Positions 8,702 through 18,095 are shown, counted from the stretch's first letter. The stretch is DNA of 64,000 bases from Candidatus Omnitrophota bacterium (GCA_028717885.1 JAQUMX010000002.1:12237-76236); one strand, 5' to 3'. Notes: generated by a model from the sequence alone, not told the origin. Numbers and translations are program-made.

Positions 8702-10508
8702 AGGCCCATTCGATTATCTTGTACCGGAAGAATTTAAGGGTACGATTGCACCCGGAAAAAGAGTCCGCGTTAATTTCGCCCACCAAAGAAAAATTGGGTT
8801 TTGCGTTGCCGTAACTTCCAAAAGTAAAATCAAATACCATAAGCCAATATTGGAAGTGCTTGATGAGTTGCCGATTTTGGGTAGTAGCATGCTTTTGCTT
8901 ACCCAGCGGATGGCAGATTATTATTGCTGTTTTTGGGGCGAAGCAATTGAAACTGCCCTGCCGGAAGGGATTCGAAATGGAAGAAAACTAAAACTCTGTG
9001 ATTATAGCAGGCAAGGCCGCATTGAACAAAAAGCGCAAACGGTTTTGTTGCATGATTTGGACTCTACGCAAAGATGGGAGTTTTACTGTGGAAAGATCAA
9101 GAAAATCCTTGAAATTAAGCGCAAGGTAATCGTGATTGTGCCTGATGTACCCGCACTTTTACGTGCAAAGAAAAAAATCGAAGCGGTTTTAAAAGCCGAT
9201 ATTTGCCTTTTATACCGGCATGCCAGAGGAGAAAATGAACTTTGGGAGAAAATCTTTTCTGCAAAAGTAGATATTGTCATCGGCACCCGTTCGGCAATTT
9301 TTGCTCCTCTGCCCGATTTGGGCTTGATTATTATTGACGCAGAAGAAGACCATGTTTATAAGCAGGATCAGGTGCCGCATTATCATGCCAGGGAAATCGG
9401 CCTCATGCGTTCGGAAATTGAAAATGTTGACCTGGTTTTAGGCTCAGCCACGCCTTCTTTGGAAGCCTTTTTTCTGGCGAAAAATGGAGCAATCGGATAC
9501 CTGCCTTTGGCCAGGAAATCAAATTTTCCGGAAATCAGGTTTGTAGATACCGCTAACCTTTCTTTTGCCGAAAGAAAAAAAGGCGGCAATATCAGCCGTT
9601 TACTGGAAGATGCGGTTTTTTCGGTTTTAACGGAAAAAGGCAAATCCTTGCTTTTTATGAACCGTAAAGGATATTCTGGAGCGGCAGCTTGTATGCAATG
9701 TAACGCGCTGCTAAAATGCCCGCGCTGCAGCATAAACTTGGTATATCATTTTCACGAGAATACGCTAAAGTGCCATTACTGTAATTTTAAAATGGATGCC
9801 CCTAAAATCTGCCCGGTTTGTAATTCCGGTTATATCAAGTTTTCTGGAGCCGGAACAGAAAAAATCGAGAATGAGCTTTTGCGAATTTTCCCTCAGGCAA
9901 AAATTACGCTCCTGGAAAGCGACCGGCAAGCCAACTTAAAGGACTATGATATTTTTGTTGCTACCAGTGCCGTATTAAAACAGGAAGGCCTGCAATTTGA
10001 TCTCGTCGGCGCCTTGGCTGTGGACAATGCATTGAATTTTCCGCAGTTACGTTCGGCAGAAAATGCTTTCCGGCTGGTTTGGGGGCTGGCAAACCTGACG
10101 GAGGGCAAACTCATCATCCAGACCGCATTTGTTACGCATCCGGTTTTTCAGTCTCTTTGGAAGAAAGACCAGTTATTTTTTTATAATCATGAACTAGAGC
10201 AGAGGAAACAGTTAAAATTCCCTCCTTTTGGGCATTTTGTATTGATAAAATTACGTGGAAAGAATGAAGAAAAGGTAAAAGCATCTGCAGGGGCCTTAAG
10301 CGAACAATTGATAGCTGCCTTGCCAAAGAAAAATTACAAGTTTCTTTCTTCGAATCCTGCGGTTCCGAATAAATTACGGGGGAATTTCTACTGGGAAATC
10401 ATCGGGGTGAGTTGCGAACCGCAAAAATTATCCCCCGGCCTAAAAAAAGAACTAAAAAAATTCGCGCATTCGGGTATAATAATAACAGTAGACGTTGACC
10501 CAATCTAA
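8664..10508 (+). CDS. priA: Primosomal protein N' (PriA) with degenerate Walker A
   Basis: 614 aa. N-terminus YAKVVLGLAVEGPFDYLVP, DExH-like IIIDAEEDHVYKQ, GSATPS, and a Cys-rich region CMQCNALLKCPRCSINLVYH...CHYCNF...CPVCNS. The P-loop position reads HDLDSTQRW instead of GxxGxGKT. Confidence 0.85.
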   Translation: MLYAKVVLGLAVEGPFDYLVPEEFKGTIAPGKRVRVNFAHQRKIGFCVAVTSKSKIKYHKPILEVLDELPILGSSMLLLTQRMADYYCCFWGEAIETALPEGIRNGRKLKLCDYSRQGRIEQKAQTVLLHDLDSTQRWEFYCGKIKKILEIKRKVIVIVPDVPALLRAKKKIEAVLKADICLLYRHARGENELWEKIFSAKVDIVIGTRSAIFAPLPDLGLIIIDAEEDHVYKQDQVPHYHAREIGLMRSEIENVDLVLGSATPSLEAFFLAKNGAIGYLPLARKSNFPEIRFVDTANLSFAERKKGGNISRLLEDAVFSVLTEKGKSLLFMNRKGYSGAAACMQCNALLKCPRCSINLVYHFHENTLKCHYCNFKMDAPKICPVCNSGYIKFSGAGTEKIENELLRIFPQAKITLLESDRQANLKDYDIFVATSAVLKQEGLQFDLVGALAVDNALNFPQLRSAENAFRLVWGLANLTEGKLIIQTAFVTHPVFQSLWKKDQLFFYNHELEQRKQLKFPPFGHFVLIKLRGKNEEKVKASAGALSEQLIAALPKKNYKFLSSNPAVPNKLRGNFYWEIIGVSCEPQKLSPGLKKELKKFAHSGIIITVDVDPI

Positions 10509-10547
10509 ACCAGAATATAAAAAAAGGGGTAAAGTTATTCGTTTGTC

Positions 10548-10630
10548 GGTTACGTAGCTCGAAACGTTTATCGTCAACTGTTAACCGTGCCGTTTAACCT
10601 TAACCGAATTCCGTAACGAGCTACGTAACC
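10548..10630. repeat. Perfect 14-bp inverted repeat (GGTTACGTAGCTCG / CGAGCTACGTAACC) separated by 55 nt in the priA-fmt spacer
   Basis: Read directly: arms at 10548-10561 and 10617-10630. The loop contains reiterated GTTAACC/TTTAACC/TTAACC words. Confidence 0.7.
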
Positions 10631-10650
10631 ATTCAACGATTGACCATTAT

Positions 10651-11595
10651 ATGAATATTGTATTTTTTGGTAGTTCTCACTTTGCAGCCCCGTCGCTAGA
10701 AGCCTTAATCCGCGAGAAATACAATGTTACTTTGGTTGTGACCCAGCCGGACAAAAAGAGCGGAAGAGGGATGCATCCTTCCCATACCGTCATTAAGTCA
10801 GTGGCGCAGGGCTCATCAATCGGAATTTATCAGCCGGAAAACATCAACAGCAAAGAAGCGGCAAGCGTCCTAAAAAAACAAAATGCCGATCTTTTTGTGG
10901 TGATTGCCTATGGGCAAATCTTAACGCAGGCTGTATTGGATATCCCGAAGATTTTTGCCATTAACCTACACGCTTCACTGCTGCCGGAATACCGCGGAGC
11001 AGCCCCGATAAACCGGGCAATCATCAACGGAGTTAAGACTACGGGAATCACGGTAATTAAAATGAACAGGAAGATGGATGCCGGAGAGGTCTTTCTTAAA
11101 AAAGAAACCGAGATTTCGCAAACCGATACTGTTATAGATTTGGAAAGCAGGTTGTCTGAAATGGCTGCACAGGCATTAATTGAGGCTTTAAGATTAATCA
11201 AGGACAAGAATTACAAACTTGTCCCGCAAGACGATAAAGAAGCCAGCTTTGCCCCGAAATTGCATAAATCAGACGGAGAAATTCACTGGGAAGAGCCGGC
11301 AGAAACAATCTACAATTCGTTTCGCGGCACTTTGAATTGGCCGGGTTCCTTTACTTATTATCGCGGTAAACTGCTTAGGGTTTGCAAGCTCAGCGTCTAT
11401 CCTCAGGAGCTGGAAAAAGAAAAATTATCGGCTGGTACGGTCACACATATTTTCAAGGATAGTATCGTTGTGGCGTGCGGAAAAGGAGCTTTACTGATCG
11501 AGGAGCTGCAGCTGGAAGGAAAAAGAAAAATGCCGGTGCAGGAATTTCTTTCCGGGCATAAAATTTCACTAGGGGAAGTGCTAGGAAAAAAATAA
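10651..11595 (+). CDS. fmt: Methionyl-tRNA formyltransferase
   Basis: 314 aa. MNIVFFGSSHFAAPSLEAL and HASLLPEYRGAAPINRAI signatures. Confidence 0.9.
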   Translation: MNIVFFGSSHFAAPSLEALIREKYNVTLVVTQPDKKSGRGMHPSHTVIKSVAQGSSIGIYQPENINSKEAASVLKKQNADLFVVIAYGQILTQAVLDIPKIFAINLHASLLPEYRGAAPINRAIINGVKTTGITVIKMNRKMDAGEVFLKKETEISQTDTVIDLESRLSEMAAQALIEALRLIKDKNYKLVPQDDKEASFAPKLHKSDGEIHWEEPAETIYNSFRGTLNWPGSFTYYRGKLLRVCKLSVYPQELEKEKLSAGTVTHIFKDSIVVACGKGALLIEELQLEGKRKMPVQEFLSGHKISLGEVLGKK

Positions 11596-11623
11596 TTGCA
11601 TAAATTATTTAGTATGATATAAT
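11596..11623 (+). promoter_or_regulatory. Sigma70-like promoter with extended -10 (TTGCAT, 16-nt spacer, TGaTATAAT)
   Basis: TTGCAT at 11596-11601, TG at 11615-11616, TATAAT at 11618-11623, about 50 nt upstream of the 11676 start. Confidence 0.55.
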
Positions 11624-11675
11624 TAACAAGCTTTAAAAGAGATTAGAAAATATTGCCTTTCTAAATTAATTTAAA

Positions 11676-12701
11676 ATGCCAGAATTAAGAAAAGATCCAG
11701 TTATCGGAAGATGGGTGATTATTGCTACTGAAAGGGCTAACCGTCCAGATCAGTTCGCGACCGTTTCCGAAGCCGGCCCCGCAGAAAAGACTTGCCCGTT
11801 TTGCGAAGGCAGCGAACCGCAAACCCCTCCTGAAATTTATTCTATCCGCCCGAAAAACACGCCTCGAAACAGCCCGGGATGGGAATTACGCGTAGTGCCA
11901 AGCATAGCCCCGTTTTTGCGTATCGAAGGAGAGTTGGAACGCAGAGGCAAAGGCATGTATGATTTAATGAACGGCATTGGCGCGCACGAGATCGTGATCG
12001 AAACTAACCAGCATATTGCAAATATGGCGGATTTAAGCGAGGAACAGATTACCAATGTTTTTAATTGCTATATCGACAGGATGAATGACCTGGAAAAAGA
12101 CCTGCGTTTTAAATATGTGATGATTTTTAAGAACTATGGTTGGGTTGCCGGAGGCGGCAGGGTAAAACATTCGCGCAGCCAGTTGATTGCTACGCCAGTA
12201 AACCCTAAACGCGTAAAAGAGGAATTGGTGGGTGCCCGGCAATATTTTGATTATCATGAACGTTGTATTTTTTGTGATTTAATCAAGCAGGAGATTGCCT
12301 CGAAAGACCGTTTGATTTTGGATTCCGACGGGTTTATTGCAGTTGCGCCCTTTGCTGCGCGTTTTCCCTTTGAAACCTGGGTATTGCCTAAAAAACACTC
12401 CTGTGATTTTACCGCTCTTGATAATGACAGCAGAAAGAATCTGGCGCATTTAATGAAGGTTTTGCTATCGAAGTTAAAAAAGGGCTTAAACGACCCGCCG
12501 TATAATTACGTCTTGCATACTGCGCCTTTTAGAAGGCAAAAGCTCGGTTATTGGAAGTCTATTGATAGCGATTATCATTGGCATATCGAAATTATTCCGC
12601 GGTTAACCCGTGTAGCGGGTTTTGAGTGGGGCACGGGTTTTTATATTTGCCCGTTACCTCCGGAAAACGCGGCAAAATTCTTAAGAGAGGTCGAGGTTTA
12701 A
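11676..12701 (+). CDS. GalT-family (HIT superfamily) hexose-1-phosphate nucleotidyltransferase-like protein; predicted catalytically inactive paralogue
   Basis: 341 aa. Zn motif CPFCEGSE and the C-terminal YHWHIE metal site are retained. The active-site H-x-H-x-Q reads KHSRSQ, with Arg (codon 12174-12176) in place of the nucleophilic His. Confidence 0.75.
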   Translation: MPELRKDPVIGRWVIIATERANRPDQFATVSEAGPAEKTCPFCEGSEPQTPPEIYSIRPKNTPRNSPGWELRVVPSIAPFLRIEGELERRGKGMYDLMNGIGAHEIVIETNQHIANMADLSEEQITNVFNCYIDRMNDLEKDLRFKYVMIFKNYGWVAGGGRVKHSRSQLIATPVNPKRVKEELVGARQYFDYHERCIFCDLIKQEIASKDRLILDSDGFIAVAPFAARFPFETWVLPKKHSCDFTALDNDSRKNLAHLMKVLLSKLKKGLNDPPYNYVLHTAPFRRQKLGYWKSIDSDYHWHIEIIPRLTRVAGFEWGTGFYICPLPPENAAKFLREVEV

Positions 12702-13700
12702 ATGTCGGAATTACGCAGGGACCCGATAGTCGGCAGGTGGGTAATCGTAGATACGGATCATCCGAACAAACCGGAAGATTTCGAATACGAACAGTATATC
12801 CCGAAAGGAGGGACTTGCCCTTTTTGCTACGGCAACGAGGCAATGACCCCTCCGGAAATCGATTGTTTCCGCGATTCTAATACCACGCCTAATACCCCTG
12901 GTTGGCAGGTAAGAGTGGTGCCGAATAAATTTCCTGCTTTGCAGATCGAGGGTGAATTGGATAGAAGAGGTGTCGGTATTTATGATATGTCCAATGGTGT
13001 CGGCGCGCATGAAGTATTGGTCGAAACGCCATATCATCACAAAGACCTCTCTGATCTAATGAATACGGAAGTAGAAAATATCCTGCAAATGTGGTGCCGC
13101 AGGGCGAACGACCTGACTAAGGATAAGCGTTTTAAATATATTATGCTTTTCAGGAACTACGGAAAGGCAGCAGGCGCTTCTCTGGAACATCCGCATACGC
13201 AGATGGTTGCCCTTCCGATGATCCCGAAGAATGTAGCGGAAGAAATCCACGGCGCGGAAAACTATTTCGATTACCGCGAACGCTGCATTTTTTGCGATAT
13301 TATCCGGCAGGAAACACAGGAAAAGGAGAGGATTGTCTTCGAAAATAAATATTTTCTTTCTTTTTGCCCTTTTGTCTCGCGTTTTCCTTTTGAAATTTGG
13401 ATTATCCCAAAGAAACATGCCGGGTATTTTTGCCATATGCCGGCTGAAGAGATTCCCGCACTAGCTTCGATTTTGATCGAAACTATTGCCAGGGTTAAAA
13501 CTGTATTTGCGAATCTGTCTTACAATTTTATTTTGCACTCTTCTCCGGTTAACGGAGATAGCGGCCCGGAATATTATCATTGGCACATTGAATTCATGCC
13601 TAAGTTAATGCGCACCGCAGGATTTGAGTGGGGTAGTGGCTTTTATTTGGACCCCACCTCTCCGGAACTCGCTGCAAAATATTTAAAAAACCAAAAATAA
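12702..13700 (+). CDS. GalT-family hexose-1-phosphate nucleotidyltransferase (UDP/ADP-hexose type), intact active site
   Basis: 332 aa. The start abuts the previous stop (TAAATG). CPFCYGNE, canonical EHPHTQ (His codons 13188-13190 and 13194-13196) and YHWHIE. Confidence 0.8.
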   Translation: MSELRRDPIVGRWVIVDTDHPNKPEDFEYEQYIPKGGTCPFCYGNEAMTPPEIDCFRDSNTTPNTPGWQVRVVPNKFPALQIEGELDRRGVGIYDMSNGVGAHEVLVETPYHHKDLSDLMNTEVENILQMWCRRANDLTKDKRFKYIMLFRNYGKAAGASLEHPHTQMVALPMIPKNVAEEIHGAENYFDYRERCIFCDIIRQETQEKERIVFENKYFLSFCPFVSRFPFEIWIIPKKHAGYFCHMPAEEIPALASILIETIARVKTVFANLSYNFILHSSPVNGDSGPEYYHWHIEFMPKLMRTAGFEWGSGFYLDPTSPELAAKYLKNQK

Positions 13701-13746
13701 TAACCAAATAACACCCGGGCACTAATAGCGCCGCACCTTGGCATAA

Positions 13747-14826
<1,080 letters not shown>

Positions 14827-14848
14827 AAGGTTTTAAAGTTGTGGTTAG

Positions 14849-14885
14849 AAGAGGGGTGAAGCGTATTTTCACCCCTCTTTTTTGT
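14849..14885 (+). terminator. Rho-independent terminator after gap
   Basis: 12-bp stem AAGAGGGGTGAA (14849-14860) / TTCACCCCTCTT (14868-14879), a 7-nt loop, then a T-run. Confidence 0.8.
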
Positions 14886-14897
14886 TGCGCAATTCCC

Positions 14898-14925
14898 TTG
14901 ATTTTTGCCGGCAGTATGCTAAAAT
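14898..14925 (+). promoter_or_regulatory. Sigma70-like promoter with extended -10 (TTGATT, 16-nt spacer, TGcTAAAAT) for the rml genes
   Basis: TTGATT at 14898-14903, TG at 14917-14918, TAAAAT at 14920-14925. AAGGAG ribosome-binding site just before the 14978 ATG. Confidence 0.5.
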
Positions 14926-14977
14926 TTAAGTTCAAACCAATCAATTTTTCCCGTCTAAACACAAGGAGCTTTTAAAG

Positions 14978-15844
14978 ATGAAAGGGATAATTTTAGCTGG
15001 AGGCAAAGCAACCAGGCTTTATCCGCTTACCAAAGGCGTATGTAAACAGATGCTGCCGGTTTATGATAAGCCGATGATTTATTATCCGCTTTCAGCGCTG
15101 ATGTTCGGGGGTATACGCGATATCCTGATCATTTCAACTGCCCGCGACCTGCCGAGGTTTAAAGACCTGCTTGGCAATGGCGATAGCTTAGGGATTCGTT
15201 TAAGTTATGCCGCTCAGAAAGAGCCGAAAGGGATCGCCCAGAGCCTGATTATCGCAGAAAAATTCATTCATAACGATACGGTTTGCCTGATCCTGGGCGA
15301 TAATATTTTCTACGGCAATAACCTGACGGAATTATTTAAAGAAGCCGCTAATGTAGATGATGGGGCGATAATTTTCGGCTATTATGTCAAAGACCCGCAG
15401 CGCTATGGCGTGATCGAATTCAATGAATGCTGCCAGGCACTTTCTTTGGAAGAGAAGCCTAAGAAACCAAAATCGAATTACGCGGTTTGCGGCATCTATT
15501 TTTACGACCAGCAAGCAGTAAAAATCGCCAAATCCTTGAAACCTTCTGCCAGGGGCGAGCTGGAAATTACCGACGTAAACAAGAAATACCTGAAGATGGG
15601 CAAGTTAAAAGTAAAGCTGCTTGGCCGCGGTTATGCCTGGCTTGATACAGGCACGCATGATGCTTTAATTGATGCCTCGATTTTTATCAAAACCGTGGAA
15701 GACAGGCAGGGTTTAAAGATCGGCTGTATCGAAGAAATTGCCTACCGAATGGGTTATATTGATAAGAAGAAACTCTTGAAATTGGCAGCGGGAACCAGCA
15801 TCGATTATGCCAATTATTTGAAAAAGGTCGGAACCGATGAATGA
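14978..15844 (+). CDS. rfbA: Glucose-1-phosphate thymidylyltransferase
   Basis: 288 aa. IILAGGKATRLYPLT and YAWLDTGTHDAL. Confidence 0.9.
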   Translation: MKGIILAGGKATRLYPLTKGVCKQMLPVYDKPMIYYPLSALMFGGIRDILIISTARDLPRFKDLLGNGDSLGIRLSYAAQKEPKGIAQSLIIAEKFIHNDTVCLILGDNIFYGNNLTELFKEAANVDDGAIIFGYYVKDPQRYGVIEFNECCQALSLEEKPKKPKSNYAVCGIYFYDQQAVKIAKSLKPSARGELEITDVNKKYLKMGKLKVKLLGRGYAWLDTGTHDALIDASIFIKTVEDRQGLKIGCIEEIAYRMGYIDKKKLLKLAAGTSIDYANYLKKVGTDE

Positions 15845-16655
15845 GAAAATTTTAATTTTAGGAAAAGGCTTTTTAGCGAGCAGGCTGAAGGAAGAGCTTG
15901 ACAGTGAAGTTTCCGGCGCAAGAATTTATTCATTTGCCGATGCTGATGCGGAAATCTCCAAATTTAACCCTACGGTGCTAATAAACTGCATCGGCCACAT
16001 CGGCGGTAATGTCGACGCCTGTGAATTGGATAAGGACAAAGCCTTAATGGCAAACTCCTTTGTTCCGCTCATGCTGGCGGAAGTATGTATCAGGAGGAAA
16101 ATCAGGTTTGTGCATATTAGTAGCGGTTGCATTTATCATTATGACTATAAGAAAAATGTCCCGCTCAAGGAAGAAGAGGCCCCGGATTTTTTCGAGCTTT
16201 TTTATAGCCGCACCAAGATTTATTCCGAGCAGCCGATCGATAATTTATCCAGGCAGTACCCGATACTGATTTTAAGGCTGCGTGTCCCGCTGGATAACCG
16301 GCCGCACCCGCGTAACCTGCTGACTAAACTAATCAGCTACGGAAAGATTATTGACCTGCCAAATTCCGTTACCTATATCCCGGATTTCCTTAAAGCCACC
16401 CGCCATTTACTGGAAATCAATGCTACGGGGATTTATAATGTGGTGAATAAGGAACCGTTGCGGTATAGGGATTTAATGGAGGCCTATAAACGTAAAGTTA
16501 AGGGTTTTCAATATGAAGAGATCGAGTTTAATAAGCTTAACCTGGTACGTACCAACCTGGTAATGTCGACGGAAAAATTAGAAAAAACCGGGTTTAAGGT
16601 GCGTACTATTAATGAGGTTTTGGAAGAATGCGTAGAGGGGTACCTAAAGTCCTAG
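15837..16655 (+). CDS. NDP-4-keto-6-deoxyhexose reductase of the plant NRS/ER-like type (possible bifunctional 3,5-epimerase/4-reductase)
   Basis: 272 aa. SSGCIYHYD, FYSRTK, LRLRVPL, PRNLLTKL, IIDLPNSVT and TGIYN line up with Arabidopsis NRS/ER as I recall it (GCIFEYD, FYSKTK, LRVRMPI, PRNFITKI, VVDIPNSMT, TGIYN). Confidence 0.6.
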   Translation: MNEKILILGKGFLASRLKEELDSEVSGARIYSFADADAEISKFNPTVLINCIGHIGGNVDACELDKDKALMANSFVPLMLAEVCIRRKIRFVHISSGCIYHYDYKKNVPLKEEEAPDFFELFYSRTKIYSEQPIDNLSRQYPILILRLRVPLDNRPHPRNLLTKLISYGKIIDLPNSVTYIPDFLKATRHLLEINATGIYNVVNKEPLRYRDLMEAYKRKVKGFQYEEIEFNKLNLVRTNLVMSTEKLEKTGFKVRTINEVLEECVEGYLKS

Positions 16656-17674
16656 TTACCGGCGGAGCCGGTTTTATCGGCAGCGCTTTTATGCGCCAGG
16701 CAATAAAGAGCGGCATGCGCGTGGTATTGTGCGATAAGCTCACTTATGCCGGTGACCTGGCAAGGTTAAAACAGGTAAAAGGCAAATATGTGTTTTACAA
16801 AGTAGATATCTGCGACCCCCGCGCTGTGGAAAAGCTCTTTAAAAAAGAAAAACCCGAATTTGTGGTAAATTTTGCTGCAGAAACCCATGTTGACCGCAGT
16901 ATCGTCGACCCCAGCGCATTTTTGCGTACTAATTTTATCGGTACCCAGGTCTTGCTTGATGCCGCGCGTAAAACCGCAGTTAAAAAATTCATCCAAATTT
17001 CTACGGATGAGGTTTATGGCGATATCGAAAGAGGGAGTTTCAAAGAAAGTTCGCCTTTAAAGCCAAACAGCCCATATGCTGCTTCAAAAGCAGCGGCTGA
17101 TTTGTTGATCCGTTCCTATATCAGGACCTATAAATTCCCTGCCGTGATTATCCGGCCATCTAACAATTACGGCCCTTGGCAATACCCGGAGAAGCTGGTT
17201 CCTTTGTCGATATTGAAGTTATTCCGTAACGAAAAAATCCCGGTTTATGCTACGGGAAAAAATGTCCGGGAATGGCTTTTCGTAGAGGATTGCGCTGCAG
17301 GTGTACTTAAGATACTCAAAAAAGGCTCTCCGGGAAAAATCTATAATCTTGGCGGAAGCTGTGAAAAGAAGAACATCGAAGTGGTGAAATCGCTTTTATC
17401 AGGCTTGCGTAAAGGCAATAATTCAATCGAATTTGTCAAAGACCGGCCAGGGCACGATATCCGCTATAGCCTGGATTCCTCATCTACGAGAACGGAAATC
17501 GGCTGGTCGCCCAATACCAGTTTTCAGAAGGGGATAAAGCTGACCACAAAGTGGTATTTTGAACACCAAAATTGGCTTTTTAGCAAATGGCAGGAGATCC
17601 GTAACCATAGGCAAAAACTAGAGCAAATTATGGCCTCGCAAAGCCTGTCTGTTCCATCCTCCAAACATTCGTAA
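16628..17674 (+). CDS. rfbB: dTDP-glucose 4,6-dehydratase
   Basis: 348 aa. VLVTGGAGFIGS, STDEVYG, YAASKAAAD and RPSNNYGP. About 30 aa of non-conserved C-terminal tail. Confidence 0.88.
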   Translation: MRRGVPKVLVTGGAGFIGSAFMRQAIKSGMRVVLCDKLTYAGDLARLKQVKGKYVFYKVDICDPRAVEKLFKKEKPEFVVNFAAETHVDRSIVDPSAFLRTNFIGTQVLLDAARKTAVKKFIQISTDEVYGDIERGSFKESSPLKPNSPYAASKAAADLLIRSYIRTYKFPAVIIRPSNNYGPWQYPEKLVPLSILKLFRNEKIPVYATGKNVREWLFVEDCAAGVLKILKKGSPGKIYNLGGSCEKKNIEVVKSLLSGLRKGNNSIEFVKDRPGHDIRYSLDSSSTRTEIGWSPNTSFQKGIKLTTKWYFEHQNWLFSKWQEIRNHRQKLEQIMASQSLSVPSSKHS

Positions 17675-17700
17675 CTACCTGGAAAAACAATGATTTTCGC

Positions 17701-17728
17701 TTGACTTGTAAAGGTATTCTGTTATCAT
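17701..17728 (+). promoter_or_regulatory. Sigma70-like promoter (TTGACT, 16-nt spacer, TGtTATCAT) heading the long glycan gene string
   Basis: TTGACT at 17701-17706 and TATCAT at 17723-17728 preceded by TGt. It lies in the only non-coding gap of 73 nt between rfbB and the MarR gene. Confidence 0.55.
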
Positions 17729-17730
17729 AT

Positions 17731-17745
17731 GTTCAAGGTTTGAAC
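17731..17745. promoter_or_regulatory. Palindrome GTTCAA-ggt-TTGAAC between the -10 box and the start codon; candidate MarR operator
   Basis: Read directly. The 6-bp arms sit at 17731-17736 and 17740-17745, 2 nt downstream of the -10 and 2 nt upstream of the ATG at 17748. Confidence 0.4.
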
Positions 17746-17747
17746 AA

Positions 17748-18095
17748 ATGAATAATTACAAAGAAGACATCCTGGATTCCGAGGAAACCCTTCAAATAAT
17801 CCGCAAAATTGAGTGTAACCCAAAAGTCACTCAGCGCGGCCTTTCTAAAGAGCTGGAAATCAGCCTCGGTAAGATCAACTTCCTAGTTAACTCTCTCATA
17901 GACAAAGGTATAATCGAAGCAAAAAATTTCAAAAATTCCAAGAATAAATTAGGCTATTTGTATTTAGTTACCCCTGAAGGGATTAGAACAAAAATCCGGC
18001 TAATGCAGAAATTTATCATTTGGAAGACTCAGGAGTACGAAAAACTAAAAACAGAAATTGAGAAGCTGAGGTCGGAGATTACCGTTGGGGATTAA
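17748..18095 (+). CDS. EPS-locus-associated MarR-family winged-helix transcriptional regulator
   Basis: 115 aa. VTQRGLSKELEISLGKINFLVNSLIDKGIIEAKNFKNSKNKLGYLYLVTPEGI matches my memory of the small MarR_EPS family found at the head of exopolysaccharide loci. Confidence 0.7.
   Translation: MNNYKEDILDSEETLQIIRKIECNPKVTQRGLSKELEISLGKINFLVNSLIDKGIIEAKNFKNSKNKLGYLYLVTPEGIRTKIRLMQKFIIWKTQEYEKLKTEIEKLRSEITVGD

Noticed and set aside
12626-12880. An 84-aa + strand ORF bridging the junction of the two GalT-like genes.
   Set aside because: It is out of frame with both well-supported genes and has an Arg/Gly-rich, low-information translation. It is an artefact of the overlapping frame.
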